NCBI GenBank assembly: GCA_024679065.1
Contig: JAGIQG010000025.1
Span: 17,794,001 to 17,858,000, forward strand
DNA length: 64,000 nt
Origin: Sphyrna mokarran
Lineage: Eukaryota
Direction of reading: 5' to 3'
The notes under the pieces were generated by a model. That model was not told the DNA's origin and ran no database searches. It worked only from the letters and a program-made list of their open reading frames with translations. Position 1 is the first letter of the stretch. Each line of letters begins with the position of its first letter. A program made the position numbers and the translations under genes. Shown in pieces: positions 37,279 to 50,100 of this stretch.

Positions 37279-37551
37279 CACAGAATCAGAGCATGGAACA
37301 GAAGGAGGCCATTTGACCTAGATTAAAATGCACTGTCAGAGCATTTTAACCTATCCCCATAAACCTGTGCATTTACTATGGCTAATCCATCCAGCTTTGG
37401 ACACGAAGGGACAATTTAACATGGCCAATGTAAGAGAAAACTGGAGACCTGAAGGAAACCCACACAGTCACAGGGCGAGAATGTGAACACTAGGCATAGA
37501 CAATGATTCAAGCCAAGAACACTGAGAAAGCAGTGCTAAACACTGTGCTGC
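37279..37551 (-). mobile_element. Decayed HE1 V-SINE, tail A
   Basis: cagaaggaggccattt...ggctaatccatc...ggaaacccacacagtcacaggg...gcagtgctaaacactgtgctgc. Confidence 0.85.
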
Positions 37552-38099
37552 TCTACACGTGAAGCCTAACCAGTATACGATGGCCTTCTGGAGGCAATTT
37601 CAACGTGCTTTATTGGATTCGGAATTCAAATCTGGACCCAAGCTCTTGCCATTGTAACACAACCTTGCACCAATGTAACTCCAGAACTAGATACAAAACT
37701 GCTATTATAACTGCGACCCTACATTTAATTGACATACATACTTGAAGTAATCTGTAACGTAGGCATCTAACTGTAATTCAACTGCTACAGCCTTTATGTG
37801 CCAAATGAGAATTCTATGGCAGGATGTAGAAAAAAAAGAATTGCCTGCCACAACAAAAATGAACATTACAATTAAAAATTCCCAGAGTTCTTCGAATACA
37901 CATTTTCTAAATACCTGCACTTGTGCAACATATGGCAAATCAATTACCAGTCTAAATTCTAAAACAAAAAAACATGGCAAGCATTTCACAGAAATAATCA
38001 ACAGCAACGGTTTGCCTCAGATTAGAGCAGCCACTAGAGTTTTGAATACAATTAATCATCATTCCCAGGCTATAGGAAGCCATATTGACACTTATTCAT

Positions 38100-38350
38100 A
38101 ATTTGAATATTTAATTACAGTGAACTTCCTCATCAAATTATCGCAAACTGGGAGAAAAGCCTGAAAGATTTGAATAATTATAGGGTTTAACCCCTCAACT
38201 GCTACTCCTGGGAGGGCTTAATTAGCATATTACATAATGGGCTGAAGGGAAAATAGCGAAGTGATTAGCTCTCTAACAGCGAACAATGTGCAGATAGAGT
38301 AATAGGAGACTTCTGATTACAGCAGCTTAAAAGTAGAATAGTACATTTTC
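38100..38350. promoter_or_regulatory. Candidate conserved non-coding enhancer
   Basis: Repeat-free: catcaaattatc, gaataattata, gcttaattagcatattacataatgg, gtgattagc, ctgattac. Confidence 0.4.
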
Positions 38351-40607
38351 AGTTGATTCAAGAACCAATCAGAAGGGAAACAACAAACCTTCTTCACACA
38401 ATCTACTAATAAATCTGAAGCTTACTAAGCCAACAAAACATTAGCCTGATTTTCAGACTTTGTACACGTTGGGTATTTAAACTACAAGCAATTTCACAAA
38501 ATATTTTCACACGCTCTTAATTTGTTTTTTTAAAAGATAGTTACGTCCATGTCAAGATTATTTGTTTGCAACTGCAGCAAAAAAGTGTTACAGTAAGTTA
38601 GGAGTACCATTGACCTCCAAATTGACACTGTTGTCAGGAGGCTCACTTACTATGTTTAAAACTAGTCAGATTGGGAGCAAGCCAAAGGGTTGCAACAACT
38701 CCACAAACTGCAACACTCAAAACAGAAAAGACATCCCTCTGTGGATCATGAAGATATGACAGTTATGGATCGGGATGCTGTGACATAATTCCCCTTAATG
38801 GTAGGCTCAGTATTTCAAATTAATCCTTTGCACTGCACTTTGGTCTGCAAGTCTGAAGACTGTTAAACTGAACTAGAACCAACCCCATCACTCAGACTGA
38901 CTGCAGGACGATTCTGAATACAAAATCAGTAGTCCAGGCAAAAATAAAGCACTCCCTAGATAAACTGTAGTTGGAAATCCCTGTCTAATATGATTGAAAA
39001 ATTAAAGATGAAAACAAAACACACTTAAATTCATACTATGAAATTATCTCCCAAATTAACCTCAAAAGTAACAATCATTTTCATTTGTAAAGCACAATTA
39101 CAATGTAACAGCCAATTTTCCATTTTATATAACAATATCAAGGTTGGAAATGCTACTTAGGTATTGGAATAAGTAGACTCTGATTTTTGTCCTTGGATCC
39201 CTCGAAAGTCCCAAGTTTAACCTCCAGGTAACTATGCAACAAACCTCCCAAAAATCTCTCAGATGCCCCAACCTCACTACCTTCATCCTAATCCTCTTAC
39301 TAGCCCCTCAATGTTACCAACTTACCCAGCTGCCACTTCACTCACTTGCCATTCTACCCCTTACTTGCCTCAACATTCCGTTTCCCCCCCCCCCCCCCCC
39401 CATCCTATTTATTCACTTTAATCTGCACACAGATTTTCAAAGCAGCTTTTGGACATGTTGTATTACAGAATACAACAGTTAGTGTCATAAAAAGGGGATG
39501 TTGTTTCTGCACAGAGTCCCTTTACTTACGTTTCCTGTGCTGATCGACTTTGGAAAAACTTTCCATTGAATGATTGTCCAGAAAGAATTGGAAGAAGCCA
39601 ATCTGGGTCAGAAATAGGGGTTCAATCCCCAGTTGGAAGATTTGGACTACAGTGAATTCCTGATCTACCAGCCTGCTAAACCACTGCCACTTAATTGCAA
39701 ATGTCTAAGCCTTAGGCACGAAGTTATTCTACTGGGAAAATTGGCCACTTTAGACAGGTGCGACAAAAACTAAATTGTTCATATTTTCGCTGCTAATACC
39801 AATTTCATGCTCTGCCACGTGGTAGCAATGAACCTTTGTTGTTTGCGACTGTAAGCGGTTCAAAATTATGATTAGATATTAATGCTTGAACAGGTCAATA
39901 GCCTCTAGGACTGTGAACTCAACCATACCACAAAACAAAATAGCAGTTTGCGTTTAAAAATACGAAGTCTGTTGGCTGCCAAACTTGGTTAAAGTCAAGT
40001 ATTCATCATGCCAGAAATGAAATCCCACCGGGTTGTAACAGTCACTGATAACCACTGCTTTACATTTGTTGCCACCAACATGGAACATATTTATGTCGGT
40101 CTCAGAACACTTAATTCCCTTTGCACCATTCAAGATATGCACACACTTACCAACATTTAACAGCTTCAAGAGCTCAAAACATGACCACTCAGAAATCCCA
40201 TTTCCTTCCAGCAAAACTGAATGCTGCATAAATTGTGTAAGGAAGGCAATCAAAACATAACAAGTGCACAAAGATGCGGAAATTCTGGTGCAAATTAAAA
40301 GCTGAGGTAACTTGTTCTCCACTATTTTATTGCGCATCTCCCTTAGTTAAGGATTTGTGTATTTATGTATTTCTTTTGTACGTGACAACGAAATGACAAA
40401 TACATTTTTTCCTCCAATAAATAAATAAATAAGTATCTGTTGAACACTCAAAAGGCCATGTTAATCTTTGGCCGTCCAGATCCAATGTTGTCAAGAATTT
40501 GAATCAAAACTTAAAACACAATATATATATATATAAAACACGTATCTGCTGGTATTTTAAAAAAAGCAAATTATCAAATCATACAATACTAAAGAGGCCA
40601 TTCAGTC

Positions 40608-40956
40608 CATAGAATCATAGAAGCCTACAGTGCACAAAGAGGCCATCCTGCCCATCAAGTGTGCACTGAACGTCTGAAAGAGCATCCCTTCCAGGCCCTC
40701 CTGTTCACACTATCCCTGTAATCTCGTGCATTTATTATGGCTAATCCACCTAACCTAAACATCTTTAGATACAAAAGGCACAAATTTAGCATGGTCAATC
40801 CACTTATCCTGCCCATCTTTGGATTGTGGGAGAAAACCAGAGCACCCAGAGGAAACCTTTGCCAGGAAGAACATACAAACTCCACAGACTGTCAGCCAAG
40901 GCCGGAATCAAACCTAGGTCCCTGGTGCTTTGAGGCAGTAGTATTAACCACAGTGC
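40608..40956 (-). mobile_element. HE1 V-SINE, tail A
   Basis: Full-length minus-strand copy with (ttctatga)n tail. Confidence 0.9.
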
Positions 40957-41349
40957 TTTTGTCTCACCCACAGTGCCAGTACTATCTCTTTGAAAGATTC
41001 AACATATTTTCACAGCCTCTTCTTTCCCCATTGTTCTGCAAAAACGTAAAATTTGAAATAACAGAACTGCAAGAAGTATATGTTGATGCTCTAAGTTTAG
41101 ACACTTTTAAACAAAACTTATACCTGAAGTATTAGCTCATCTTCCCTCTTAATAAATGTTAATGAAACTGCTGTATATTTCCAGCATTTTCTGTTTCCGT
41201 TTCACTTTCCATTTATAATTTTGGTTTTTTTTTCTTTATATAGGTTACTTAATTTTAGATTTTTTGTTACAACTAAGTTATTTTTTCTTGTTTATCCACA
41301 AAATATCACCATAAGTGTTTCTTAATAAGAATCTATACTGTTACAAGAT

Positions 41350-41560
41350 CTCTAGAGCCATAATTAGAGAGAACTAATTGAAGCCATGTTTTGACACTCT
41401 TACTAAATTCACGGATGCAATGTGACACATTCTCAACACTGTTACTCCATAACCATGGAGACAGTGAAAGCATTAAACTAATAAATCTCATTTGCATTCC
41501 CATCATGCAATTATGACTGAGCTAAATACTATCTCAAGCACTGCCATTTCACACAAAGTT
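41350..41560 (+). ncRNA. Probable homologue of the conserved core of NRON (antisense intronic lncRNA or CNE)
   Basis: Syntenic position (intron upstream of this exon, ~11 kb away, antisense to MVB12B). cacggatgcaatgtgaca and catggagacagtgaaagcat resemble two short human NRON segments recalled from memory; unverified. Confidence 0.45.
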
Positions 41561-43129
41561 TCCAATCTAAAGAAGATATGAACAATGAAATTTATCTGAC
41601 ACTCAGGAAATATCCGAACACTGGTGCCGTATAAATCTAGATTTTTCAAAATTGGTCAAAAGCAGTGATTATGATTTTCATAACCTTTTCATGTATAAAG
41701 TCAATCTTGGATTTAAATTATGAGGAAAAAGAGCCACCAACACTGAGAAAATTAGAAACGACACCAATACAGCGTTGTGATATGTTCTGGAAGACAAAAC
41801 AAAAGGGTAGATCCTAATAGAGTTAAACTTACTAAGTTAATATCGGATGAGCTGCATACAAGATTCCATCAGTATTTTGCCAGCCTTGTGCAAACAACTC
41901 TCTTAATAAATGTTAATTTATTTAAACATTACTATATTAAACAGCACTGTATTTTAGTTTACAAAATTTGCATAAAATTTCAATCTGTGTGCTAATGGCA
42001 GACCACATCAATTTTCTTCTTACTTTACTTTTCAAAGCTACAGTTTCAACAGGTGAAGAATTAAACAGAGTTAGCATTTTGTGAATCAACCTTCCAATCG
42101 TCAATTGCAGGGACTAGGAATTACTGTGTAAGAAAATGCATGTCAGAACGTAACCAGTGACAACTTAGTATCAGATGTAATGTGACCAATGGGAACAAGA
42201 TGCAAAGGTCAGCTGACCCAGTAAACCATGGAACCAATTACAGAATGATGTAATAATTCACTGACCACCTGATTCACTATAAATAAGGAACTATGCAGAA
42301 TTGCAAGGCGAGGCCCCAAGTTTGGCATAATGATGTTCCCTCATTAAACTCTTTCTCCGATTCATAAGTTAGAATAAGTTTTGTATTTTTATTGGCTGCA
42401 TTTTGAAGAGTGCCTTCTGAAGAAGCACTGCAAATAAAGTACTTCATTAAGAAAAATGCACCAAATGATTTATTCAACTTTGTTCAAAAAGCAAAATGGG
42501 AAAGCAAAGAATGAAGGTCAAGCTGAAATATTTCCAATTTAAAATGTTTCTGGATCACCTTTATTTAGCTGTTTCACTGCAATATTACCAATCTTCACAA
42601 AATTCTTTGTTGGGACATAGCTTAATGGATGGAAGGTGTCAACTTTGGCTCTCTGGTAGAGTACTACGCAAGTCAAACTTTGGTACGTTCAAGACTGGAA
42701 GATGTAATCTAGGCTGGCCTTTCTGCCTGGTGAGAAGCATTTTCCTTCAGAATAGACATTAGAACGTTCTCTGTCTGTTCTTTCAGGTGGAGGCATAACA
42801 ACGCGATTGTGAAATGCTCTCATACATCCCCAGGTCTTTTTATCTGCCCTAGGTAGCCGTCAATTTGAACGGCCAGAAGAAAGCAGATGTGGGTCAGATG
42901 TTCTGTCCATAGTGTTCTCAGCTGGACATTTCAGGCAAGGCTCCTGGACAGAAACCAGAAACAGGAATTCTGGCCAATTTCATCTTCTCAGAAACCAGGC
43001 TACTGCCTCCAACATCACCCCAGCTAAATAAGCCAATTCGATATAGATTAGGGAAACAAACCTGGGAACATCCGGGTATACGCTGTTCAGGTCCACAACA
43101 GAAAATTTTATAAGAACTAGTGGTGAACA

Positions 43130-44020
43130 GGTACAAAAATAACCAGATGTTTGTCTTTATCTCAAGAAAGCTGAACTACAAGGAGAAGAAATGATTCTTC
43201 CATTGTACACAAGGTCAGGTCCTATCTGGAGAACTGCATTCAGTCTGGCAACCAATATATATAATATACATTGAACTCTGTGCATCAAACTAACTCACCA
43301 CTGGCAGTTAAATGGTTAAATGTTGAAGAAAGGTAGTACAAACCAGCTTTATACGGTCTCGAGTCCAAATTCTGGGCAGTGATCGAACAGAACTATTTGA
43401 CATGTTAAAAAAGATCGAATGGCTTAGATTAAGGGAAGTTTTATGTTTAACGTTTATTCATTACTGTCATAAGTAGGCTTACATTAGCACTGCAATGAAG
43501 TTACTGTGAAAATGCTCCAGTCATGAATCTACAGCATCTGTGCGGGTACACTGAGGGAGAATTTAGCATGGCCAATGCAGCTAACCAGCATGTCTTTCGG
43601 AACGTGGGAGGAAACCAGCGCACCAGGAGGAAACCCACACAGACATGGGGAAAACGTACAGACTCTGCAGAGACAGTGACCCAAGCTGTGAGTTGAACCC
43701 TGGTCCCTGGTGCTGTGAGGCAGCAGTGGCAACTATTGTGCTGGTAACTCCATGACAAGGGATGTGATTTTAAAATCAGAACCAGGTCTTTCAAGAGTGA
43801 TGCAGAGAAACCTTCACACAAAAGGATTTCAGAAGTCTGGAACTCTTTTCCACTAAAAGGCTGCAGATTGAAACTTTCATAGTGGAGGCTAAGAGCTTTT
43901 CGTTTAGATGATTATTAAAGGATATGGATCAAAGGTAGGCAACTGGGGTAAAAGGTACCGATGAACTCTGACCTAACTGAATGGCGGGGTAAGTTTCAAG
44001 AGATCCACGGTCACTCCTAT
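43130..44020 (+). mobile_element. Old CR1 LINE 3' region interrupted by a SINE
   Basis: ggtcaggtcctatctggagaactgcattcagtctgg (VRxxLEYCxQFW-like), gtctggaactcttttccactaaaagg, attaaaggatatgga. Confidence 0.75.
43436..43741 (-). mobile_element. HE1-like V-SINE, tail type B
   Basis: Full-length minus-strand copy nested in the CR1 fragment. Confidence 0.92.
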
Positions 44021-44350
44021 TCACTTTTAAGCATTCAACCTTATCACAGAGCTCAATGAAAGAGCGTTTGTTCCAGGAAATAATAAAAATAGCATTTTTG
44101 CACAGAACTAAGTTCAACCAGAACCAGGTGGACTGTTATAAAAGTCCAACACATCAGCACCTGATCACCATCAGGAAGAATAAAATGATTTTTCAGCAGA
44201 AATACCAAGTCACATACTGTACACATCAAACTGAAATCATTCAACTCTGAATAGGAATACCCCATTTCAGCAAAAAAAACTGTCGTAATCAATCCTATTG
44301 CAATTTTCATTAAATAGCTCCTCAGAGATTACTTGGCGTCATTTACCTTC

Positions 44351-44684
44351 CAAGATAAAAGCAAAATAATGCAGATGCTGGAATCTGAAACAAAAACAGA
44401 AAATGCTGTAAAATCTCAGCAGGTCTGACAGCATCTGTGAGGAGAGAATAGAACCGTTTCCAGTTCGGGTGACCCTTCAGAGCTGCGAAGAGTCATTTAG
44501 ATTCAAAATGTTGGCTCTATTTTCTCTCCATTGATGCTGTAAAAGAGAGAAAATAGAGCCAACATTTTGAATCTAAATGACTCTTCGCAGCTCTGAAGGG
44601 TCACCCGAACTGGAAACGGTTCTATTCTCTCCTCACAGATGCTGTAAAACCTGCTGAGATTTTACAGCATTTTCTATTTTTGTA
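44351..44684. mobile_element. Palindromic Penelope-terminal-repeat element with 12-bp TSD and a perfect internal 101-bp inverted duplication
   Basis: TSD tcatttaccttc at 44339-44350 and 44685-44696. 44428-44528 is the exact reverse complement of 44545-44645. Confidence 0.9.
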
Positions 44685-44734
44685 TCATTTACCTTCTAAC
44701 TGATGGAGGAGAGACACTCACTTGGTTAGAATTA

Positions 44735-45155
44735 TACCCACTGGTGTTTAAAAGAACGAGAGGGTATCCTATAGGAACCAGTAAAATTCTAACAAGACTA
44801 GACAGAATAGATGCAGGAAAGATGTTCCCAATGGAAGGGGAGTCCAGACTTAGGGGTCACAATCTGGGGATACAAAGTAGATTATTTAGGACTGAGATGA
44901 AGAGAAATTTCTTCACCCAGAGAGTGTTGAGCCTATGGAATTCTCCATCACAGAAAGCAGTTGAGGTCCACATCATATTTTCAAGGAGTTAGATATAGCT
45001 GTTGTGGCTAAAGGGATCAAAAGGATATGGGTGAAAGTGGCAACAGGATACTGAGTTGGATGATCAGACATGATCATAATGAATGGTAGTGCAGAGTTGC
45101 AGGGCTGAATGGCCCACTCCTGCTCCTATTTTCTACGTTTGTATGTTACGTTTCT
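44735..45155 (+). mobile_element. CR1/HER1 LINE 3' end
   Basis: ORF KILTRLDRIDAGKMFPMEGESRLRGHNL..FRTEMKRNFFTQRVLSLWNS plus 3' UTR agggctgaatggcccactcctgctcctattttcta. Confidence 0.92.
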
Positions 45156-46844
45156 AACTCAGCTCTGTAGCATTCAACCAACAACCCGAAAAGAAGTACA
45201 GTGTGTAAACAACCCAGGGTCAAAGGCTCCAGCGATTACACACTTCACTGATAGTGTTGATTAAGAGCAACAGTAACACAAGATATTATTTAAGATGTAG
45301 AGGAAAGTGAAGAGGTTTCATTTCTCATCCCTGATTGCGCTGAGATATTGGAATGGGCCTCTTGCTTGAATTATGCAATTGGAGGGCATCAGAGATAACA
45401 TGGTTTCATGGTTATTTTGTGTTTGCCCATAAATTATCAAATTGATTCAGTGCTTCCAGAATAGGATTGAAGCACAGAAGCTCTGAGTAGCACTTTCAGT
45501 AACATAAGACCACCATACAAAACAATTATTAGCCTTACTACTGCTGTGGCCATGTTTCTAGCCATCCATGCATGGGACAGTGGCCAAGCATCTTCCTAGC
45601 AAACTGCAAACAAAAAAAATACAACCACACAATCCTTTTTAAAGATGTTAAAGATGTTTCACATCAATTCAAATCTATCCAGTATCACAAATGGTTTCCT
45701 GCTGGCATTATGTCTCAGAAAATGGCAATTGCCAAATAACGAGCCAAGCTGAAGTTTTTTTTATATCAAGACAGACAGGAGATCATTTTTATTAAAAGGG
45801 AAGTATATTTTCATCGATTGTCAATAGCACCAAATGTGAACAAAATAAGTTATCTGCTCACAAACAGTATTTGAGTTTTATGCTTTCAACGCACTATATA
45901 GAGACAACCTTGCAGCAGGCATGCTGTATACAATCTCCTGTTCACGAATGTCCTCTCCAGCGACATCATAAAATGAACAAGAAGCTGTAGGCAGCATTCA
46001 TGTCACCAGAGACAACTTCATGTACTCACTGACAAGCATATTTTATACTCCAAGTTTGATCCCAGACTGCCACTTACCCACAGTTTGAAAGCATAAAGAG
46101 AAAGGGCAGAACTATGGCACACAAGTAAGTGGCAATCAGAACAAGGTGAAAATTCAGTGAAACATACTTTTTTTTTCACCCTTTCTCTTTAGCCCCATAC
46201 AACTGGAAGGTTTCAAAACAGAACTTAAAAGCTGTATTTGATTCAGAATATTTTGTGTATAAAGGAAAGCTGCTTTTCAGAAGTTGTCAATGCCTTTTCC
46301 TAAAGCTGGAAAGACCAAAAGGATTCCACCTAAACTGACTGAAGAACAGCAGCAAAATTCACAAGCACCAATTTTCAATGTTCTGAAACATTTTCATTAC
46401 CATGTAGAACAATCAAAACTCTTTGAAATACTTCTCCAGTATTATACAGAAGAATGTATTACTGAAAGATGTGTGTTTAATTTTTGAATCTTTAAGATTA
46501 TGAAACTAGCACCAAATGCTGAACATGAACATTCTTTTTACCTTTGGGGTGCTGCACATTGTGTACACCCATCTCGAACAGCGTTCAGAATAATACTCTG
46601 TATAGTTACTTACAAATTATTTCACAGCCAGACCAAATTATACCAGAACCAGTCAAACCCATACATCTTTCACAGCAATGGTAAATCGTTGAGGATATTG
46701 CATGCCCATAGGGAGGAAAGGTGGCAACTGTAAACAGGAAGCTTTCCTCTGATAGACAGAATTGGAGCAGGAAATTCAAGACAAATTGTGGATTTCCACC
46801 AGCCACGAAACAACTCACTCCTGTGCAATCTAGTCTGTATCTGT

Positions 46845-47126
46845 TTTAAGCTTTTAAGTTTAATTATTAGTTAACACTGAAGTTACTATGCGCTGAAGGT
46901 ATTGTGAAGACCTGTTCGGATACACTGAGGAAGAATTTAGCATGGCCAATGCACCGAACCAGCATGTCTTTCAAACATTGGGAAGAAACTGGAGCACCTG
47001 GAAGAAACCCATGCAGACAATAGGGAGAATGTGTTAACTCCGCATACAACAGTCATCCAAGCCAGGAATCAAACCCAGGTCTCTGGTTCTGTGAAACAGA
47101 AATGTTAAATATTGTGCCACCGTACC
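46845..47126 (-). mobile_element. HE1-like V-SINE, tail type B (partly deleted)
   Basis: V domain and head on the minus strand; tail ttattagttaacactgaagttact. Confidence 0.88.
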
Positions 47127-47524
47127 ATGTAGGAGAGAACTGGGAAGGCATAGGATCCACAAAAATCTAAAGCAATCTATCAATTTCACCACAGCGATAA
47201 TGCACATGTAAAATAGCAACAAATGGTTACTTTTTTTCTCTACGTGCCACCTGCTCATTTCAGAGAAATGGCCAAATGTAAAAGATTTCACACAAAATCT
47301 TCAACACCTACATCAAGCAAATATCACTACAAAAGTATATATTATGGAAAAATCAACCAATGATCTCAGAAACGAGACAAAGCTTGATTACCAAGCACAG
47401 ACAAGGAAAGGATGGCAGCAACAGTGTTAGAGGATAACCAGCACATACAGGTAGAGGCACAGAAACAAAAGTAAACTTCACATCTTCCAAAGCTTTGCTG
47501 CCTCTGTCTTAACTTGTATCATAT

Positions 47525-47910
47525 TACTCACCATCCAAGTGTTCACAGACCTACATTGGTTATGAGTCAACAATGTCTTGATTTTAAAACTATTATCCTG
47601 GTTTTCAAATCCCTCAGCTTCCATATCTCTATCTCCTCCAGCCCCAATGAGATATCTGTCCTCCTCTAATTTTGGCCCCTTGTGTAATCCCGATTATAAT
47701 TACTCCATCAATGTTAGCTGTCAAAGCCCCAAGCTCTAGAATATCCTTCCTTCACCTCTCTACCTTACTTCTACCTTTAAAGGTACTACTTAATCTTTGA
47801 CCAAGCTCCGATCTTCCGTCCTATTAATTCATTATATGGCTTGGTGTCATACGTTTGTTTTATAATGCTCAAGAAGCACTTTGATGCTATGTAAATAAAT
47901 GCAAGTTGTA
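47525..47910 (+). mobile_element. L2 LINE 3' end
   Basis: DLHWL..xDFKxxILVFKSL-like motif, aagctctagaatatccttcc, tail aagcactttg...taaatgcaagttgt. Confidence 0.8.
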
Positions 47911-48019
47911 ATTGACATTGTTCATGATTGGCCAAAGCAATTAAGTTTGCCTTCTAAAAGTGTTGGCAACACACCCAATATCAGCTAATCACTTTCCTCC
48001 TCAAAATATTTCTACATGC

Positions 48020-48305
48020 TCCTGACATTAGCAAGCTTTCCATTATTGCCTATACGTAATGCCCCAAGAAGGGTTTCCTTGAATGCTACAGTCCATCTGC
48101 TGATATTTCTCCCACAAGTGGTTAGCTAGGGAATTTTGTTATGTTTGCATAGCACTGATGATAGAATAGTGGTTTATGTCCAAGTCAGGATACTATGCAA
48201 CTTCAAGAGGAATGTGGAGGAGATGCAGATCCTATGATCTTGCTATTCTTTGTCCTTATTGACAATAAATCTACAGAGCCGTGTTGTCAAGGTAAGCTTG
48301 TAACT
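48020..48305 (-). mobile_element. Old CR1-like LINE 3' fragment (second family)
   Basis: Diverged reverse complement of the family at 48550-49015. Confidence 0.65.
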
Positions 48306-48549
48306 ACATGTGAAAGCGTCTGGGTGCTGCGTCATGAGGAGGCCTAACAGATGTACACTGCCAGGTCCCACATTCAAGTTACAAAGTACACGATTGCTTT
48401 AGCAAATGTTCCACAGAATCGCAATCTAGCAAGTCAATGCTTTCAGAACCTTCAGAAGAGGAAAACTGACGAAACAGTGGAAGAGAAAGGGCTTGAAAGA
48501 ATGACAAGATGGCCAATTATTTACAAGTTTCAAAACACTAAAAGGACCA

Positions 48550-49015
48550 TCGCAAGAAGCTTGATACCATCCAGACAAAGAAACCTGCTTGATTGGTAGA
48601 CATCTACAAACATTCAATCCCTCCACTAGGGACACTCAGTAGCAGCAATATGTGCTTTCTACAAGATGCAGTGTAGCAATTCACCAAAGGTTTTTAGACA
48701 GCACCTTCCAAACTCCACAACAAATTCCATCTAGAAGAACAAAGGCAGCAGATACATGGGAACATTATCACCTACAATTTCCCCTCCAAGCCACTCACTA
48801 TCCTGACTTGGAAATACAATCCTGTTCCTTCGCAGTTGCTGGGTCAACATTTTGGAATTCCCTTTCTAACGGCATTGAGAGTCAATCCACAGAACACGGA
48901 CTGCAGTGATTCAAAAAGGCAGCTCACCATCATCTTTTCAACAGCAACTAGAGTTGGGCAAGAAATGCTGGCCAACGAGCAATACCTGTGTTCCATGAAT
49001 GAATAATAAAAACAA
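48550..49015 (+). mobile_element. CR1-like LINE 3' end (second family)
   Basis: KLDTIQxK..CLIG, YKM.CSNSP, WNSLSNG motifs; tail gttgggcaagaaatgctggcc...catgaatgaataataaaa. Confidence 0.9.
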
Positions 49016-49084
49016 AACTACTGTTTTCTTTTGATCATCAATACTCAAGTAATTTAACAGCTGCAAAACTTTAATCGGGTTACC

Positions 49085-49298
49085 TTTCAGGTGTCTTGTT
49101 CAGTATTTATCCCTAAATTATCACTGGAACAAATCATCTGATCATTGTCACATGGTTGTTCACAGGGGCTTGCTACATACAAATGTACTATTGGATTTCC
49201 TAAAAAGTGGCTAGACTTCAAAAATACTTCAGTGGCTATAAAGAGCTTTGGGATGACCAAAAGTCATAATTGGAACCATATAAATACAACTTTTCTTT
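49085..49298 (+). mobile_element. Deu-SINE 3' half
   Basis: tatttatccct...cttcaaaaatacttcagtggctataaagagctttgggatg...tataaatacaact. Confidence 0.75.
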
Positions 49299-49328
49299 TG
49301 AACATTTTAATCAGGGACGCAACTGTTT

Positions 49329-50100
49329 TGTAACTGACAGTTAATGGTATATTAATTGTGTTGAATTATATGCAAGTAGTGAGCATTAACTTGCGCTCCT
49401 AAAAATAGGAATAAACAAAACGTGATTGTTGATTTAGGAGGTGCCTGTTTGTAACGTACAAATTTAAAAAAGTTAAAGATACCTCTGGCTGTTGAAACAC
49501 TGGCTCTTGTGGGCACAGTGGATATGGAATTCTGTCAAGTATTTTAAGTGAGAATCTGCACAGTGAGCTTACTGATAATAGTTTACCCATAGAAGATTAT
49601 GCAGATGATCATTGACTGAGGGGCAATGCACATTGTACTGAAAGTGAAAATGAGAAAAAGGTCAGAGATTGACCTTGCTGGTTTGAAGCAAACGTAGTAA
49701 AGAAAGGAAGTCTCTAAAACTTAAATGGATGAAAGTTATCAACTATTATGTTTCTTTTGTAAAACAACCTATGAAAAGATTGACGGGGGCAGGGAGGGAA
49801 TGTCACAATGGAATGTTTTGTATAGAATATGGGAATTTTTGATTTGTTTTGAAATTTTGCTTATACTGTAAAGACAAAGGAGAATCAGTTAATTGTATAT
49901 TAATTGTGTTTAATTATATACAGGTGGTGGGCATTAACTAGGGGATTCACTTGGGCTTCCTTAGATAGGAATAGACTTCTGAATCTGGTTGTTGGATTTA
50001 AAGTTGGATTTTTTTTGTAAATGTGTACACTCTAAATAAAAGCTTTGAAAAGTGTCTAAAGATTGGCTTCAGTTCTATCCTAGTTTTTTGGAATATAATG
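49329..50100 (+). mobile_element. Possible decayed LTR-like element with ~110-bp internal direct repeat
   Basis: cagttaatggtatattaattgtgttgaattatatgcaag (49339) repeated at 49886. Both copies are preceded by tgtaa; AATAAA at ~50035. Confidence 0.35.

Noticed and set aside
39384-39401. C18 run (also C20 at 11062-11081)
   Set aside because: Simple homopolymers; length is unreliable in assemblies and there is no evidence of function.
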